A stretch of DNA of 64,000 nucleotides, from the IMG/VR virus record IMGVR_UViG_3300013093_000039; one strand, 5' to 3'. Source of the DNA: an uncultured virus (IMG/VR IMGVR_UViG_3300013093_000039) (lineage: Duplodnaviria > Heunggongvirae > Uroviricota > Caudoviricetes). Position 1 is the first letter of the stretch, and every line of letters begins with the position of its first letter. The translations under genes were made by a program, and so were the position numbers. The notes below the pieces were generated by a model. It was not told where the DNA came from, made no database searches, and saw only the letters and a list, made by a program, of their open reading frames with translations. Shown here piece after piece: positions 39,348 to 48,510 of this stretch.

Positions 39348-39377
39348 TTAAGAAAAAATAGTATCGATAATTTTTAT

Positions 39378-39944
39378 ATGAGCGAACTACAAACACGTCT
39401 AAAAGAGGAAACATCAGATCTTCATAGTAAATCCGAACAGCATCCATTGATGCAATCATTTGTAGATGGTTCTTTTAAGAAAGAGCATCTTCTAGATCTT
39501 TTAATAAATCTTCTTCCTATCTATCAAGTTGTTGAACAGCGCCTTCTTTCTAAAGAAATTCTAGATAATCCTGATCTTAAAAGAAGTACACAAATTCAAA
39601 AAGATATTGATAAGCTTATTTTAGATACAAGTATTACGACACTTAAGGTTAGAGATATAACTGAAAAGTGGGTATCTTCTTCTTGGCAAAAATCCCTTTA
39701 TGCTTTAAAAGCTGATCTCTACCTTCGTTGGTTAGCTGATTTTTATGGAGGCAGGATTCTTGCTAAGTCTCAAGCCCCTTATAACGAAACATATAATGCA
39801 AAAGATCCTGGAGCTGTAATTACTACAGTTAGGTATCTCTTAACTAAAGATACACCAGATTTATATAATGATAGTATTGTACTAGAAACAAAATCTTTCT
39901 TTCACTTTCATATAAATCTATTTGAAGAAATATGGAATCACTAA
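39378..39944 (+). CDS. hemO: Heme oxygenase (HemO/Ho1-like)
   Basis: LKEETSDLHSKSE (proximal His) and YLRWLADFYGGRIL distal helix; coupled to a bilin reductase. Confidence 0.78.
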   Translation: MSELQTRLKEETSDLHSKSEQHPLMQSFVDGSFKKEHLLDLLINLLPIYQVVEQRLLSKEILDNPDLKRSTQIQKDIDKLILDTSITTLKVRDITEKWVSSSWQKSLYALKADLYLRWLADFYGGRILAKSQAPYNETYNAKDPGAVITTVRYLLTKDTPDLYNDSIVLETKSFFHFHINLFEEIWNH

Positions 39945-40567
39945 GAAGATATTTTGATATTTTAACACAAGAGTTTACTAGTGCATTTGGTTATCCGGAT
40001 CGTCCAGAATTAGATAACCCAAATGGTGTTTGGTATAATAATGTATATAAGAGTCCTATTTTTAGACACATTCATTTACAATATTATAAAACAAATAAAA
40101 TCGGTATTGTTCATGCTAATGTATTTCCTAGCGCAACAGTAGATTTTCCTATATTAGGTGTAGACTTTATTGAAATAGGAAGTAAAGTTACAGGTTTCTT
40201 TTTTGATATTACACCGATTAACGCTAATCAAATTGTTCAAAAGAGTTTAATTAAATTTAAAAATGTAATTACATCTCCAGAAAGAAAACTCCCTGAATGG
40301 GCAAATTTCTTTAGTGAAAACTTTATTTGTGTAACACCTAATGAAGAAGAATTACTTTTACTTTTTACACACTCTTTAGCAATTATTAGAGAATATTTAG
40401 ATTATTCTAAAACTTATAAAGATAGATATACTTTAAATGTTGAAAAGCAAAATGACTATTGTAAAGGTCAAAAGAAAAACGAAAAAACCTTTAAAGCTTT
40501 AGCAATTGATGTAGGGGAAGATAATGCTAAAAAATTTATTAACAATTTTATGTTTCCTGAGCTTTAA
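39932..40567 (+). CDS. Ferredoxin-dependent bilin reductase (PcyA/PcyX-like)
   Basis: FRHIHL, IVHANVFP, PILGVD, DITP, RKLPEWANFFS, QNDYCKGQKKNEKT. Confidence 0.85.
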   Translation: MESLRRYFDILTQEFTSAFGYPDRPELDNPNGVWYNNVYKSPIFRHIHLQYYKTNKIGIVHANVFPSATVDFPILGVDFIEIGSKVTGFFFDITPINANQIVQKSLIKFKNVITSPERKLPEWANFFSENFICVTPNEEELLLLFTHSLAIIREYLDYSKTYKDRYTLNVEKQNDYCKGQKKNEKTFKALAIDVGEDNAKKFINNFMFPEL

Positions 40568-40802
40568 TCTCTTTAACAAACAATTGAATAATTTCAGCCC
40601 CTTTAAATTTTAAAAGACGTTCATTAGTTATATTAAAATGTTCAAGAGCTTTTTGTATACAGTCACTTTTAGTAGCTGAGGCTGTTTTCCATAGATATAC
40701 CGGACCCACTTTTATTACATGGACTATTCTTTTATGAATAAAATACTTGACATTTGTAGAATTTGACATTATTATTGTACAATATTTATGCTTATTAGCC
40801 AC
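40548..40802 (-). CDS. Hypothetical protein
   Basis: Antisense ORF filling an intergenic gap; start uncertain. Confidence 0.4.
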   Translation of the reverse strand: MANKHKYCTIIMSNSTNVKYFIHKRIVHVIKVGPVYLWKTASATKSDCIQKALEHFNITNERLLKFKGAEIIQLFVKEIKAQET

Positions 40803-41639
40803 GAAACACCTATTAGTCTTCTAGATACCTCTAGAGGCTACAATGATTATGATTATTGTCTAGTACATTTACTACCTGAACAGTCGGAATATCTTAAATT
40901 TTATAAGGATTCCGTCGAAATGGGTAGACACGTATTACTTGATAATAGTATTTTTGAACTTGGAGAAGCTTATGATTCAAAAGAATTTGCTTATTGGATT
41001 AATGAATTGAAACCTACTGAGTTTATTATACCTGACGTTCTTGAAAGCACAGAAGGAACTATTGAAAGCTTTAAGAAGTTTACTAGCGAATATAGAAACC
41101 TTCCGAGTAGAAGTATCGGTGTAGTTCAAGGTAAGACATATAAAGAAATTGTTGAATGTTATAATTTCTTGTGCAAGTATGTAACTAAGATTGCTATTTC
41201 TTTTGATTATTCGTTTTATCTTAATGAATGGCCTACTTTAGAATCGTTTGAAAAAGAATTAGGAGTATTACCTGAATGGATAAAGGGACTCGAATTTAAT
41301 AAGTGGGTAAGATATTCCTTAGGTAGAGTAGCTTTACTTCATAGACTTAGTGCTAAGGATAACTATTTTGATTATAGAAAGGGTCATCATCTACTAGGAT
41401 GTGCTACCCCTTGGGAGTTTAAACTCTATAACAAGACGCCGTATAAGATGTGTATTGAATCAATAGATACTTCTAATCCTATTGTAGCAGCTATTCTTCA
41501 TAAGAAGTATAATCCTGTTTATGGGCTACATGAAAAGTGGTCAGTAAAACTAGTTGACTATATTGGCGCTAATATAACTCGAGAACAGCTCGAATTAGCT
41601 TTTTATAATACGTCCCTATTTAGAAAATTCTGTTCATGA
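40788..41639 (+). CDS. dpdA: TGT-fold 7-deazaguanine DNA transglycosylase (DpdA-like)
   Basis: VLLDNSIFE, IIPDV, IGVVQG, HHLLG, SIDTS motif series of the TGT/DpdA barrel; que gene context. Confidence 0.72.
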   Translation: MLISHETPISLLDTSRGYNDYDYCLVHLLPEQSEYLKFYKDSVEMGRHVLLDNSIFELGEAYDSKEFAYWINELKPTEFIIPDVLESTEGTIESFKKFTSEYRNLPSRSIGVVQGKTYKEIVECYNFLCKYVTKIAISFDYSFYLNEWPTLESFEKELGVLPEWIKGLEFNKWVRYSLGRVALLHRLSAKDNYFDYRKGHHLLGCATPWEFKLYNKTPYKMCIESIDTSNPIVAAILHKKYNPVYGLHEKWSVKLVDYIGANITREQLELAFYNTSLFRKFCS

Positions 41640-42157
41640 GAAAATGGGTAACGTTTTTTAGTCAGACAGGTTCTGAAATTTATAAGCTTTCAAATAGACT
41701 CGGAAGAAATCCGGATATTATTGTAACAAATAGTACAAAGATTAGGCCTGAAGTTGTTGATAAGTTTGGAGATAGTATTGTTTACGTAGGTCCAAAGCCT
41801 ACAGTAGAAGATTATCTTAGGTTTATACCCGTTAATAGTTTAGTTACTCTTCACGGATGGCTTAGAATAGTGCCTGAAGAAGTATGTGATAGGTACGAGA
41901 TTTATAATCTTCATCCAGCTAACCTGTTTCATAACCCTGAATTGAAAGGTAAAGATCCTCAAAAGATGGCCTATAAACAGAAACTAATATTTTCCGGTAA
42001 TACTATTCATCGCTGTACAGCCGAATTAGATTCCGGAGAGATACTTGAACATAGTTATACTTCTATTGAAGGCTTAACGTTAGATGAAATTATTGCAACA
42101 TTACATGAAGATGCTACAAATTTGTGGTATAGATTTTTAAAAAAGCATTTACAATAA
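41636..42157 (+). CDS. PurN-like formyltransferase (DpdN-like)
   Basis: FFSQTGS, LHGWLRIV, YNLHPA, GNTIHRCTAELDSGEI. Confidence 0.8.
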   Translation: MRKWVTFFSQTGSEIYKLSNRLGRNPDIIVTNSTKIRPEVVDKFGDSIVYVGPKPTVEDYLRFIPVNSLVTLHGWLRIVPEEVCDRYEIYNLHPANLFHNPELKGKDPQKMAYKQKLIFSGNTIHRCTAELDSGEILEHSYTSIEGLTLDEIIATLHEDATNLWYRFLKKHLQ

Positions 42158-42161
42158 ACGA

Positions 42162-42719
42162 ATGAAAATTGCTATTTCAGGTGCTCATAGTCAAGGTAAA
42201 ACTACTCTTGTAAAGTGGTTGCAGGATATAAATGTTTTAACTGATTATAAGTTTAGAACTTCTTTAACGAGAGGAATGCAGAAAGCGGGGTATAATATTA
42301 ATGAAGATGGGGATGAGGTAACTCAATTAGCTATTATGGCTAAGCATTTTCAGCGACTTAGTGAAGTAGGGAATATAATTTATGATCGTTGTGCTTTAGA
42401 TGGTTATGCCTATTCTATGTCTTTAGTAAAAGATCTTAAAGTTTTAGATATTATTAGAGATATGTTTTTATTAATGGTGGATAGATATGATATTATTTTT
42501 TATGTTGAGCCGGAGTTAGATCTTATAGAAGATGGTCAAAGGACAGTAAATAAAGATTTTTTTGATAGTGTAGTGCAATCTTTTGATTGTATTATTAAAT
42601 CATATGCAATACCTGTTGTAAGGCTTAGCGGTTCTGTAGAAGAACGTGCTAGACAATTCTTTGTAGCTTTACAGGATAAAGAGGTAGAAAAACACAACAA
42701 CGAATTTTACGAATTATGA
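42162..42719 (+). CDS. P-loop nucleotide kinase (AAA_28/dNMP-kinase-like)
   Basis: MKIAISGAHSQGKTT, YDRCALD, EDGQR. Confidence 0.8.
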   Translation: MKIAISGAHSQGKTTLVKWLQDINVLTDYKFRTSLTRGMQKAGYNINEDGDEVTQLAIMAKHFQRLSEVGNIIYDRCALDGYAYSMSLVKDLKVLDIIRDMFLLMVDRYDIIFYVEPELDLIEDGQRTVNKDFFDSVVQSFDCIIKSYAIPVVRLSGSVEERARQFFVALQDKEVEKHNNEFYEL

Positions 42720-43627
42720 GTACAACTAACATGAATGACATTGCATCGAAGTCTTTAGGATCTTCGGCTTCGTATGCAGTATATACCGATACGTTTGATC
42801 CTACGCTTCTTAACCCGATGCCTCGATCCCTAGCTCGAGATGATTGGGGTATTAAAGCTGGAAGCTTTGTAGGATTTGATACATGGCATTGTCATGAAGC
42901 TACATTCCTTCTTAATAGTGGAGTGCCCGTAGCAGGTACACTAAAGTATGTTTATTCTTGTGACTCTGAGTTTATGGTAGAGTCAAAGTCTGCTAAGCTT
43001 TATTGTAACTCGTTTGATATGTGCAAGATGGGTGAGAATTATTCTCAGGCAATTGCTAATTATGAGAATCAAATTAAAACAGATCTCGAAAATATTCTTA
43101 AGACACCAGTATCAGTTAAGTTTTTCCGTTCAGGATCTGATAATAATGCTGTAGACTCTGTTCCTGATTATGTTGATCTTACAGATAAGATTCATTTTAG
43201 CACTGAGATTACTGATTATGCTTCTAAGGAGGAGCATTTAAAGTTTTATTCACTTGAAGATGGTAACGAAATTGTAGAATGTAAATATTTTACTAATGCG
43301 TTGAGGTCTCGTTGCCGTCATACAAAGCAGAAAGATACAGGTACGGCTTATATTCATATTATTACAAAGGGATGTGAAGTAAATCCGGTATCACTCTTTA
43401 AGCAAATTGTATCGTTACGAGAAGTTAACGAGTTCCATGAATTCTGTGCTGAAAAGCTTTATACAAGTATTAAGAGTCATCCAGCAGTAATTGATTGTGC
43501 TGTAACTCTTCTTTATGCTCGTCGAGGATCGCTTGATATTAACCCGACAAGGGCTAGTCGAGCTGATCTTCTTCCATCTGTTCTTATTAATTCAAATGTC
43601 TATACAAAAAAGGCAATGGGTCAATAA
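42716..43627 (+). CDS. queF: NADPH-dependent preQ0 reductase, bimodular type
   Basis: VESKSAKLYCNSF, LRSRC...QKD, EFHE, YARRGSLDINP. Confidence 0.92.
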   Translation: MSTTNMNDIASKSLGSSASYAVYTDTFDPTLLNPMPRSLARDDWGIKAGSFVGFDTWHCHEATFLLNSGVPVAGTLKYVYSCDSEFMVESKSAKLYCNSFDMCKMGENYSQAIANYENQIKTDLENILKTPVSVKFFRSGSDNNAVDSVPDYVDLTDKIHFSTEITDYASKEEHLKFYSLEDGNEIVECKYFTNALRSRCRHTKQKDTGTAYIHIITKGCEVNPVSLFKQIVSLREVNEFHEFCAEKLYTSIKSHPAVIDCAVTLLYARRGSLDINPTRASRADLLPSVLINSNVYTKKAMGQ

Positions 43628-43674
43628 GATTCACACTAGCACAAAACACAAAACTAATATAATATATTAACGAT

Positions 43675-44058
43675 ATGAGCGAAACAACAAACAAAATCAC
43701 AATCTTCTTTGACTCTGTAGGACGTACAATCCTCGGAGAACGAGTTGACGAAGCAACAACAGATACAGTTCTTTCTATTAAGAACCCAGCAGTTGTCCAC
43801 ATTATGCCTAACCAGCAGACAGGACAGCTTACTCTTCAGATCCTTCCTCTCTTCTTCAGAGAGTTCTTGGCTGATAAGACCGAAGCTACAACTTGGAAGT
43901 ATAACCGTTCACTCATTACTGAGTGCAATGATATTGCTTTTGACTTTAAGCTTCAGGCTCAGTACCAGCAGATCTTCAATCCTAGTCCAATTATCACTCC
44001 AGGAGGTGTCACACCAGCCGATAAGACTGACGTAGTCCGTCTTTTTGACGAAGAATAA
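43675..44058 (+). CDS. Hypothetical protein
   Basis: 127-aa ORF with codon style like gp32. Confidence 0.75.
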   Translation: MSETTNKITIFFDSVGRTILGERVDEATTDTVLSIKNPAVVHIMPNQQTGQLTLQILPLFFREFLADKTEATTWKYNRSLITECNDIAFDFKLQAQYQQIFNPSPIITPGGVTPADKTDVVRLFDEE

Positions 44059-44093
44059 TTGGATTTAATAGAAGCAGCATCTAATATTGTCGT

Positions 44094-45191
44094 ATGGCTA
44101 AAAACGAACTCTCTCATTTAAAAGATATTTTTAAATCTGTCGATGACTTAAACCCAGACGCTGCAGTATTAGATGCTGCTACTCTATCAACAGCAGATGA
44201 TTGGATTGATACAGGATCATATGCTTTAAACGCAATTATTTCAGGGTCTCTTTATAAGGGAATTCCTGGAGGTCGTATTACAGGTTTTGCCGGTCCTTCT
44301 ATGGCTGGTAAGACTCTTATTATGAGTAAGATTATGGCTAATGCTCAAAAGAAAGGCTATATACCTGTTATTTGGGATTCTGAGGTAGCCGTAGATAAGA
44401 AGAGTGCTGAAGGCGCTGGTATGGATTCAGCTCGTGTTAAGTATTATCCGGTAGAGACAATTGAAGATTGTCGTAATCAAATGTCTGCTTTCCTTGATAA
44501 TGTTATCAAAGCAGATAATCCTGATCTTAAGTTTATTGTTGCTATCGATTCCCTCGGTAATCTAGCAAGTGCTAAAGAGATTAAGGATGCTACAGCAGGT
44601 AAAGACTCTGCTGATGTCGGTCAACGCGCTAAGGCAATTAAGTCTATGATGCGCACACTTACCTATAAGGCTGCTAAGGCTAAGGTACCAATTTTGTTTA
44701 GTAACCATATTTATGAAGGAATGGAAATGTTTCCTACTCTTGTTAAAACTCAGAGTGGTGGTAAGGGGCCGATTTATCTTGCTTCGGTTCTTGTACAACT
44801 TAGCACGAAGAACGAGAAAAGCAGTGACAATCCTAATGAACAATCTGTGGCTATTGCTCATAATATTTCAGGTGTTACGTTAGGAGCAATGACAGTAAAG
44901 AATCGATTTGTACCTTCTTATCTCAAGACTGAACTTTATTTAAACTTTAAGTCAGGGCTTGATAAGCATGCAGGTCTTTTTGAAATTGCTGAAGCCTTTA
45001 AGGTTATTGAAAAGCCAGGACGTACAGTAATGTATAAAGGTGAGAGTCTTGGTTACAGAAAAGATCTTGAAAAAGATCCTAAATTCTGGGAAAAGATTAT
45101 GCCAGAGCTAGAGAAGGTTCTTCAAGAACAACTTTGCTATGGTACAGGGGATTCAGTTGATATTGAAGAAGAAGTCGATAATATCGAATAA
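44094..45191 (+). CDS. uvsX: RecA-like recombinase UvsX
   Basis: DTGSYALN, GPSMAGKT, DSE, IDSLGNL. Confidence 0.93.
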   Translation: MAKNELSHLKDIFKSVDDLNPDAAVLDAATLSTADDWIDTGSYALNAIISGSLYKGIPGGRITGFAGPSMAGKTLIMSKIMANAQKKGYIPVIWDSEVAVDKKSAEGAGMDSARVKYYPVETIEDCRNQMSAFLDNVIKADNPDLKFIVAIDSLGNLASAKEIKDATAGKDSADVGQRAKAIKSMMRTLTYKAAKAKVPILFSNHIYEGMEMFPTLVKTQSGGKGPIYLASVLVQLSTKNEKSSDNPNEQSVAIAHNISGVTLGAMTVKNRFVPSYLKTELYLNFKSGLDKHAGLFEIAEAFKVIEKPGRTVMYKGESLGYRKDLEKDPKFWEKIMPELEKVLQEQLCYGTGDSVDIEEEVDNIE

Positions 45192-46540
45192 TGTCTGCTC
45201 CCACTCCTGGTAAGCTAGATCTCGATTATTACGAGAACATTATTCTTTTTAATTCTCTTCTTAGTCAAGAATATCTAGCTTCAATTATTGATCATGCTGA
45301 TCCTACTTACTTTAATGATAAAAGTATTCAAACAGTTTTTAAGTGCATTATATCGTTCTTTACTGAACGTGGAACAGTGCCTACAGCTACTGAAATTAAA
45401 TCCAGACTCTCAACAGACGAAGAGAGACGATCATTTAATGAAGTAGTAACTCGCTTTAAAGAACTAGATACAAAGTTTAATAAAGAGGAGCTTCTTAATA
45501 ATACAGAGAGGTTTCTAAAAGAAAGATGTTTGTATAAAACTATTGTTGATACTGCAGAAAAGTACTCTGAAGGTAAAGCAGATCCTGCTGAGATATTAAA
45601 GGAGTTTGAAAAAGCTTATAATATTAATCTTAGTGAGGATATGGGTCATTGGTACTTTGAAGAAGTAGATGAGCATATTAAAGAACTTACTAAAGTATAT
45701 AATGCTATTCCTACAGGATGGAAATTCTTAGATGAGAAAATTGAAGGTGGTTTATTTCCAAAGTCTCTTTATTGCCTAGTAGGTCAAGTTAATATTGGTA
45801 AGAGTATTTTCCTTGGTAATATTGCTGCTAATATGGTAATGAAGAATAGAAATACTCTTCTTATATCTTTGGAAATGTCTGAGTTTATGTACGCTAAACG
45901 TATTAGTGCTCAGCTTACCCAGATTCCTCATCATAGTCTTAAGTTGTATACCGATGAACTTAAAGATCAAGTTAAGCATATTGAACGACAGTTAGAGAGT
46001 AAGCTTATTATTAAAGAATACGCTCCAAAGACAGTAACAGTAAGAAATATCGATGCTTATATAACAAAACTAGCTCACAAAGGGTTTAAACCTGAAGTAG
46101 TTGTTATTGATTATATTAATCTTCTAAAGCCAACATCTAAGAATCTTAATTCGTACGAGTCTGTAAAAGAAATAGCAGAACAACTAAGAGCAATGTCATT
46201 TAAGTATAATATACCTATTGTTACAGCTTCTCAGCTTAATCGTGGAGCGTTTAATACAGCCAGTCCAGGTATGGAAGGTATTTCAGAATCTATTGGATTA
46301 GCAGCAACTTGTGACGTAATTTGTTCTTTGTGGCAAGAAGATGAAGATAAAGAATTAGGTATTATTAATCTCGGTATGCAAAAGAATAGATTTGGAGCTA
46401 ACTTTGGTAGCTGCGCTTTTAAGGTTAAGTACGAAACTTTAACTCTTAACGAGGTTAGTGCTGATCACTTTACTACTGAAACTCCTCAACAGGCTGTTAG
46501 TGATGCTCAAAGTGCCTTACAAAGTTTATCTGAGCCTTGA
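45191..46540 (+). CDS. gp41: Replicative helicase gp41 (DnaB-like)
   Basis: GQVNIGKS, SLEMSE, IDYINL, ASQLNR, KNRFG. Confidence 0.93.
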   Translation: MSAPTPGKLDLDYYENIILFNSLLSQEYLASIIDHADPTYFNDKSIQTVFKCIISFFTERGTVPTATEIKSRLSTDEERRSFNEVVTRFKELDTKFNKEELLNNTERFLKERCLYKTIVDTAEKYSEGKADPAEILKEFEKAYNINLSEDMGHWYFEEVDEHIKELTKVYNAIPTGWKFLDEKIEGGLFPKSLYCLVGQVNIGKSIFLGNIAANMVMKNRNTLLISLEMSEFMYAKRISAQLTQIPHHSLKLYTDELKDQVKHIERQLESKLIIKEYAPKTVTVRNIDAYITKLAHKGFKPEVVVIDYINLLKPTSKNLNSYESVKEIAEQLRAMSFKYNIPIVTASQLNRGAFNTASPGMEGISESIGLAATCDVICSLWQEDEDKELGIINLGMQKNRFGANFGSCAFKVKYETLTLNEVSADHFTTETPQQAVSDAQSALQSLSEP

Positions 46541-46576
46541 TAAATGTAACAATATGTAGTAAATAAAGCTACATAT

Positions 46577-46891
46577 ATGTTTAATGAAAAGGTATTAGAC
46601 GATTTCTTATCTAAGAATGACCCTTTAAAGCAAATTTGTACAAAAGAGTTTATACTCGGTGTATTTAAATTTGGTTCCTTTTTATCTATTTTACATAATA
46701 AAAGACTAAATCCTTCAGCAGTATTTGTTCTTATATTAGAAAGTAAAGAGATAAGAGATTTATTCGTAGATGTCACTCACTCAGAAAACGCTAAAGAAGC
46801 CTTACTTGGCCTCTTGCAACTTTACCCGCCGCTACTAAAATCAAAGAATACTAAACGACTATTCAAGAAATCAATATCCGGCAAAAAGTGA
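46577..46891 (+). CDS. Hypothetical protein
   Basis: 104-aa ORF in the replication block. Confidence 0.7.
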   Translation: MFNEKVLDDFLSKNDPLKQICTKEFILGVFKFGSFLSILHNKRLNPSAVFVLILESKEIRDLFVDVTHSENAKEALLGLLQLYPPLLKSKNTKRLFKKSISGKK

Positions 46892-47556
46892 CTGAACTAG
46901 AAAAAAGAATTTACAATAAACATTTAGCGGTGTCTCGATCTTTACGTAATAAGCCCTTTAAACTTAAAGGTGATTTTACTAATTTTAAAGATAGTACAAA
47001 ATACCCTTCAATAAAAAGACTTTGTATATTCTTTAACAAGTATCCTGATGTTGATATGGATACATATTTTATGGCTCCATATAAGCTATATTCTGATACT
47101 GATTATTTTGATTTAGCTTATTTTGCCTCACCTAGAGCTATCAAAGCATATACAACTTATAAAAATCAGCTTTTACAAATGTCTCCAGACAAGCAACAAA
47201 ATGAAGTTAAAGAATCATTATTGTTTATATCAAGATTTTGTTTAATGAACAAAATTCAACTTCATGAATATCCTACTTTTAGATTTAAAGGTATGGCTCC
47301 AGAATGGGTATATCATTTAAAAAGTAATAAAATAAATCCGTATTCTTTGATGGAATTTCGAGGCATTTTTAATTATATAAATGAGATGCCCTTTGATGAA
47401 AGAGAGTTATTACTTGGTAACTTTGGTAGTAACTATGTAGACTATAAATCCCGTTACAATTCATCAACAACATTAAAACCCTTTCTTTCTGTAGCCGCAG
47501 AAAAATTAAAACTTTTTATAGATAAGAGCTTGAACAGTTCAAAATCTTATGTATAA
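46888..47556 (+). CDS. Hypothetical protein (positional gp59 helicase-loader candidate)
   Basis: Basic 222-aa protein immediately upstream of gp32; similarity not established. Confidence 0.5.
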   Translation: MTELEKRIYNKHLAVSRSLRNKPFKLKGDFTNFKDSTKYPSIKRLCIFFNKYPDVDMDTYFMAPYKLYSDTDYFDLAYFASPRAIKAYTTYKNQLLQMSPDKQQNEVKESLLFISRFCLMNKIQLHEYPTFRFKGMAPEWVYHLKSNKINPYSLMEFRGIFNYINEMPFDERELLLGNFGSNYVDYKSRYNSSTTLKPFLSVAAEKLKLFIDKSLNSSKSYV

Positions 47557-47594
47557 TACACACAACACAAACAACCCAACAACACAATACTATT
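47530..47594 (+). promoter_or_regulatory. gp32 promoter plus A/C-only leader
   Basis: TTGAAC-N16-TATAAT, then 30 nt containing only A and C (47558-47587). Confidence 0.65.
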
Positions 47595-48485
47595 ATGACA
47601 TTAACTAAAAACCTATTCGCTGAAATTACAGCATCCCTATCTAATAAGAACGAAAATATCTATAAGGATATTCTGAAGTTTGAGGCTAACAAGACTTATC
47701 TCGTTCGTCTTGTACCTAATATTAACGAGCCAAAGAAGTCTATTTACAGCTATAAGCACCACAGCTGGAAGAGTCACTCTAACGGTCAGTTTATTACCTC
47801 ACTCTGTCCTAGCACTTATGGGGAGAGCTGCCCGATTGATTCCTACGTTATGAAGACGTACAATACAGGTACTGATGAAGAGAAGAAGAAGCTTGGAGAA
47901 ATCTCTCGTAAGGAGAGTTGGATGGTTAACGCTTACGTTATTTCCGATCCTACTAACCCTGAGAATGAAGGTAAGGTTAAGGTCATTCGTTACGGTAAGG
48001 AGCTTGCTAAGATTATTGACAGTGCAATTACTGGCGATGATGCAGCTGAGTTCGGAGCAGCTAAGGTATTTGACGTTGCTAATGGTAGCACTCTTCGTAT
48101 TAAGTGCGAACCTCGCACAGGTAATACTGGTAATCGTATGTCAGTAACTTATTCATCTTCTAAGTTCTTGTCTCCTTCTAAGCTCGATATCCCTGAAGAG
48201 AAGGTTGTAAGTGTACATAAGGATATTCATGATCTTGCGAAGTTTAACAAGACCAAGACTACAACTGAGCTTCAGCAGTCCCTTGATCAGCACTTCCATT
48301 GCATTGAAGATGTAAATACAACAGAAGAGGTTGATGAAGATACTCTTCCAACACCAGTAGCTAAGATCCCTACTAAGGATGCAGCTCTTGAGTCAATCTT
48401 TGAAGGTGTTACTGAGGCTCCTAAGCCTACACCTGCTGTAGATGATACAGATGCAAAACTTAAAGAACTACTTGCTGGACTCTAA
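47595..48485 (+). CDS. gp32: Single-stranded DNA-binding protein gp32
   Basis: VRLVP, H...CPSTYGESCP, VISDPTNPENEGKV...YGK, acidic tail. Confidence 0.92.
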   Translation: MTLTKNLFAEITASLSNKNENIYKDILKFEANKTYLVRLVPNINEPKKSIYSYKHHSWKSHSNGQFITSLCPSTYGESCPIDSYVMKTYNTGTDEEKKKLGEISRKESWMVNAYVISDPTNPENEGKVKVIRYGKELAKIIDSAITGDDAAEFGAAKVFDVANGSTLRIKCEPRTGNTGNRMSVTYSSSKFLSPSKLDIPEEKVVSVHKDIHDLAKFNKTKTTTELQQSLDQHFHCIEDVNTTEEVDEDTLPTPVAKIPTKDAALESIFEGVTEAPKPTPAVDDTDAKLKELLAGL

Positions 48486-48510
48486 AATATTAGCCACTAT
48501 ACTCAAATTT

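Noticed and set aside
39378..40567. Bilin genes as proof of a cyanobacterial host
   Set aside because: No psbA, hli or other photosynthesis genes are in the window, and such cassettes also occur in non-cyanophages; the host remains undetermined
41636..42157. purN as an auxiliary purine-synthesis gene
   Set aside because: No other pur genes are in the window, and it is coupled to dpdA-like and queF genes; not formally excluded
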